Source: Ancylonema sp.
Lineage: Eukaryota
DNA: 20,000 nt
Assembly (NCBI GenBank): GCA_050230475.1
Contig: JBFLGF010000197.1
Location: 47,805-67,804, forward strand
Reading direction: 5' to 3'
The translations under genes and the position numbers were made by a program. The notes below the pieces were generated by a model. It did not search any database. It had not been told where the DNA came from and saw nothing but the letters and a program-made list of their open reading frames with translations. Shown here piece after piece: positions 19,374 through 20,000 of this stretch (its first letter is position 1; each line of letters starts with the position of its first letter).

Positions 19374-20000
19374 ACTTGCGGTGTCTGAGACTGTGTTCGG
19401 CAGCTCGTCTCCGTCCTCGCACTGAACACGTTTTCGAAGACTTAATTACCAAAAGCGTACAAAACGATTGTTCCACGTGTTTCCGTTTGTACACGCTTTT
19501 CACTTCTCGGTAAGTGCTTGAAGTCAGAAGAAACAATGTACTATCTTCCAATGATGTCTGAACAGAGGTGCTTGAGGCAAAGACTGGGAATAACCTGAAA
19601 ACATATACGCATGTATTTTACCGCCAAAGAAAGTGGAATTTCAATGACGGCTGTTCTCGGCGATGCTTCTACTGCTGGACAGAGCGCATCTCCTCTGTAT
19701 TAAACTAAAAACAAAAATTCATTTGAAGAAGGAACAAACTTATCTGACAATTCAGATGTCAACTACGGGCGCCATGGAAGAGCTGTCGGGCTAGTGAGTC
19801 ACAGCATCTCGTGTCCGACACTGAGTGGGAGCTTTACTGCAGCCGTGGGGCCGAGGTAAATACGACAAGATCTTTGCTTTATCCTGATATGCAGGAAGCA
19901 CGCTGGACCGTACATCGCCCCTGCAGATGCCACGACAGCATCCGACATGTGATTGGTGTGCTTATGTGCCTGCAGCCCCGGGCCGATTCGGCCGATCACG

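Noticed and set aside
19746..20000. Open + strand frame running off the window with a PCRCHDSIRHV motif, plus possible splice signals
   Set aside because: It is truncated, has no convincing homology and gives no consistent exon model.

Overview
Eukaryotic nuclear DNA with GT-AG introns, plant-type TTTAGGG repeats and plant-like proteins. It is probably a streptophyte alga or non-seed plant, but that is an inference. Four protein-coding genes can be built by hand. (1) An intronless XRCC3 (-). (2) A 6-exon plastid FAD5/ADS-type acyl-lipid desaturase (+), head-to-head with XRCC3. (3) A 3-exon gene (-) for a likely mitochondrion-targeted protein resembling the plant At1g53645-type mitoribosomal family. 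It carries three PPR motifs, one in-frame TAG inside exon 1, and a telomere-repeat array in intron 1. (4) A 6-exon class II ankyrin acyl-CoA-binding protein (-). Between the genes lie a 644-bp non-autonomous hAT-like element with a perfect 8-bp TSD, an internally deleted Ty1/Copia relic ending in an apparent 36-bp LTR, a ~140-165 bp repeat present on both sides of the desaturase gene, and several intronic simple repeats. The most interesting signal is the single in-frame stop (ATG TAG GCG ATG) in an otherwise intact gene. All three terminal TAG codons in the window also have a back-up stop within two codons. Family assignments come from remembered motifs, not database searches.
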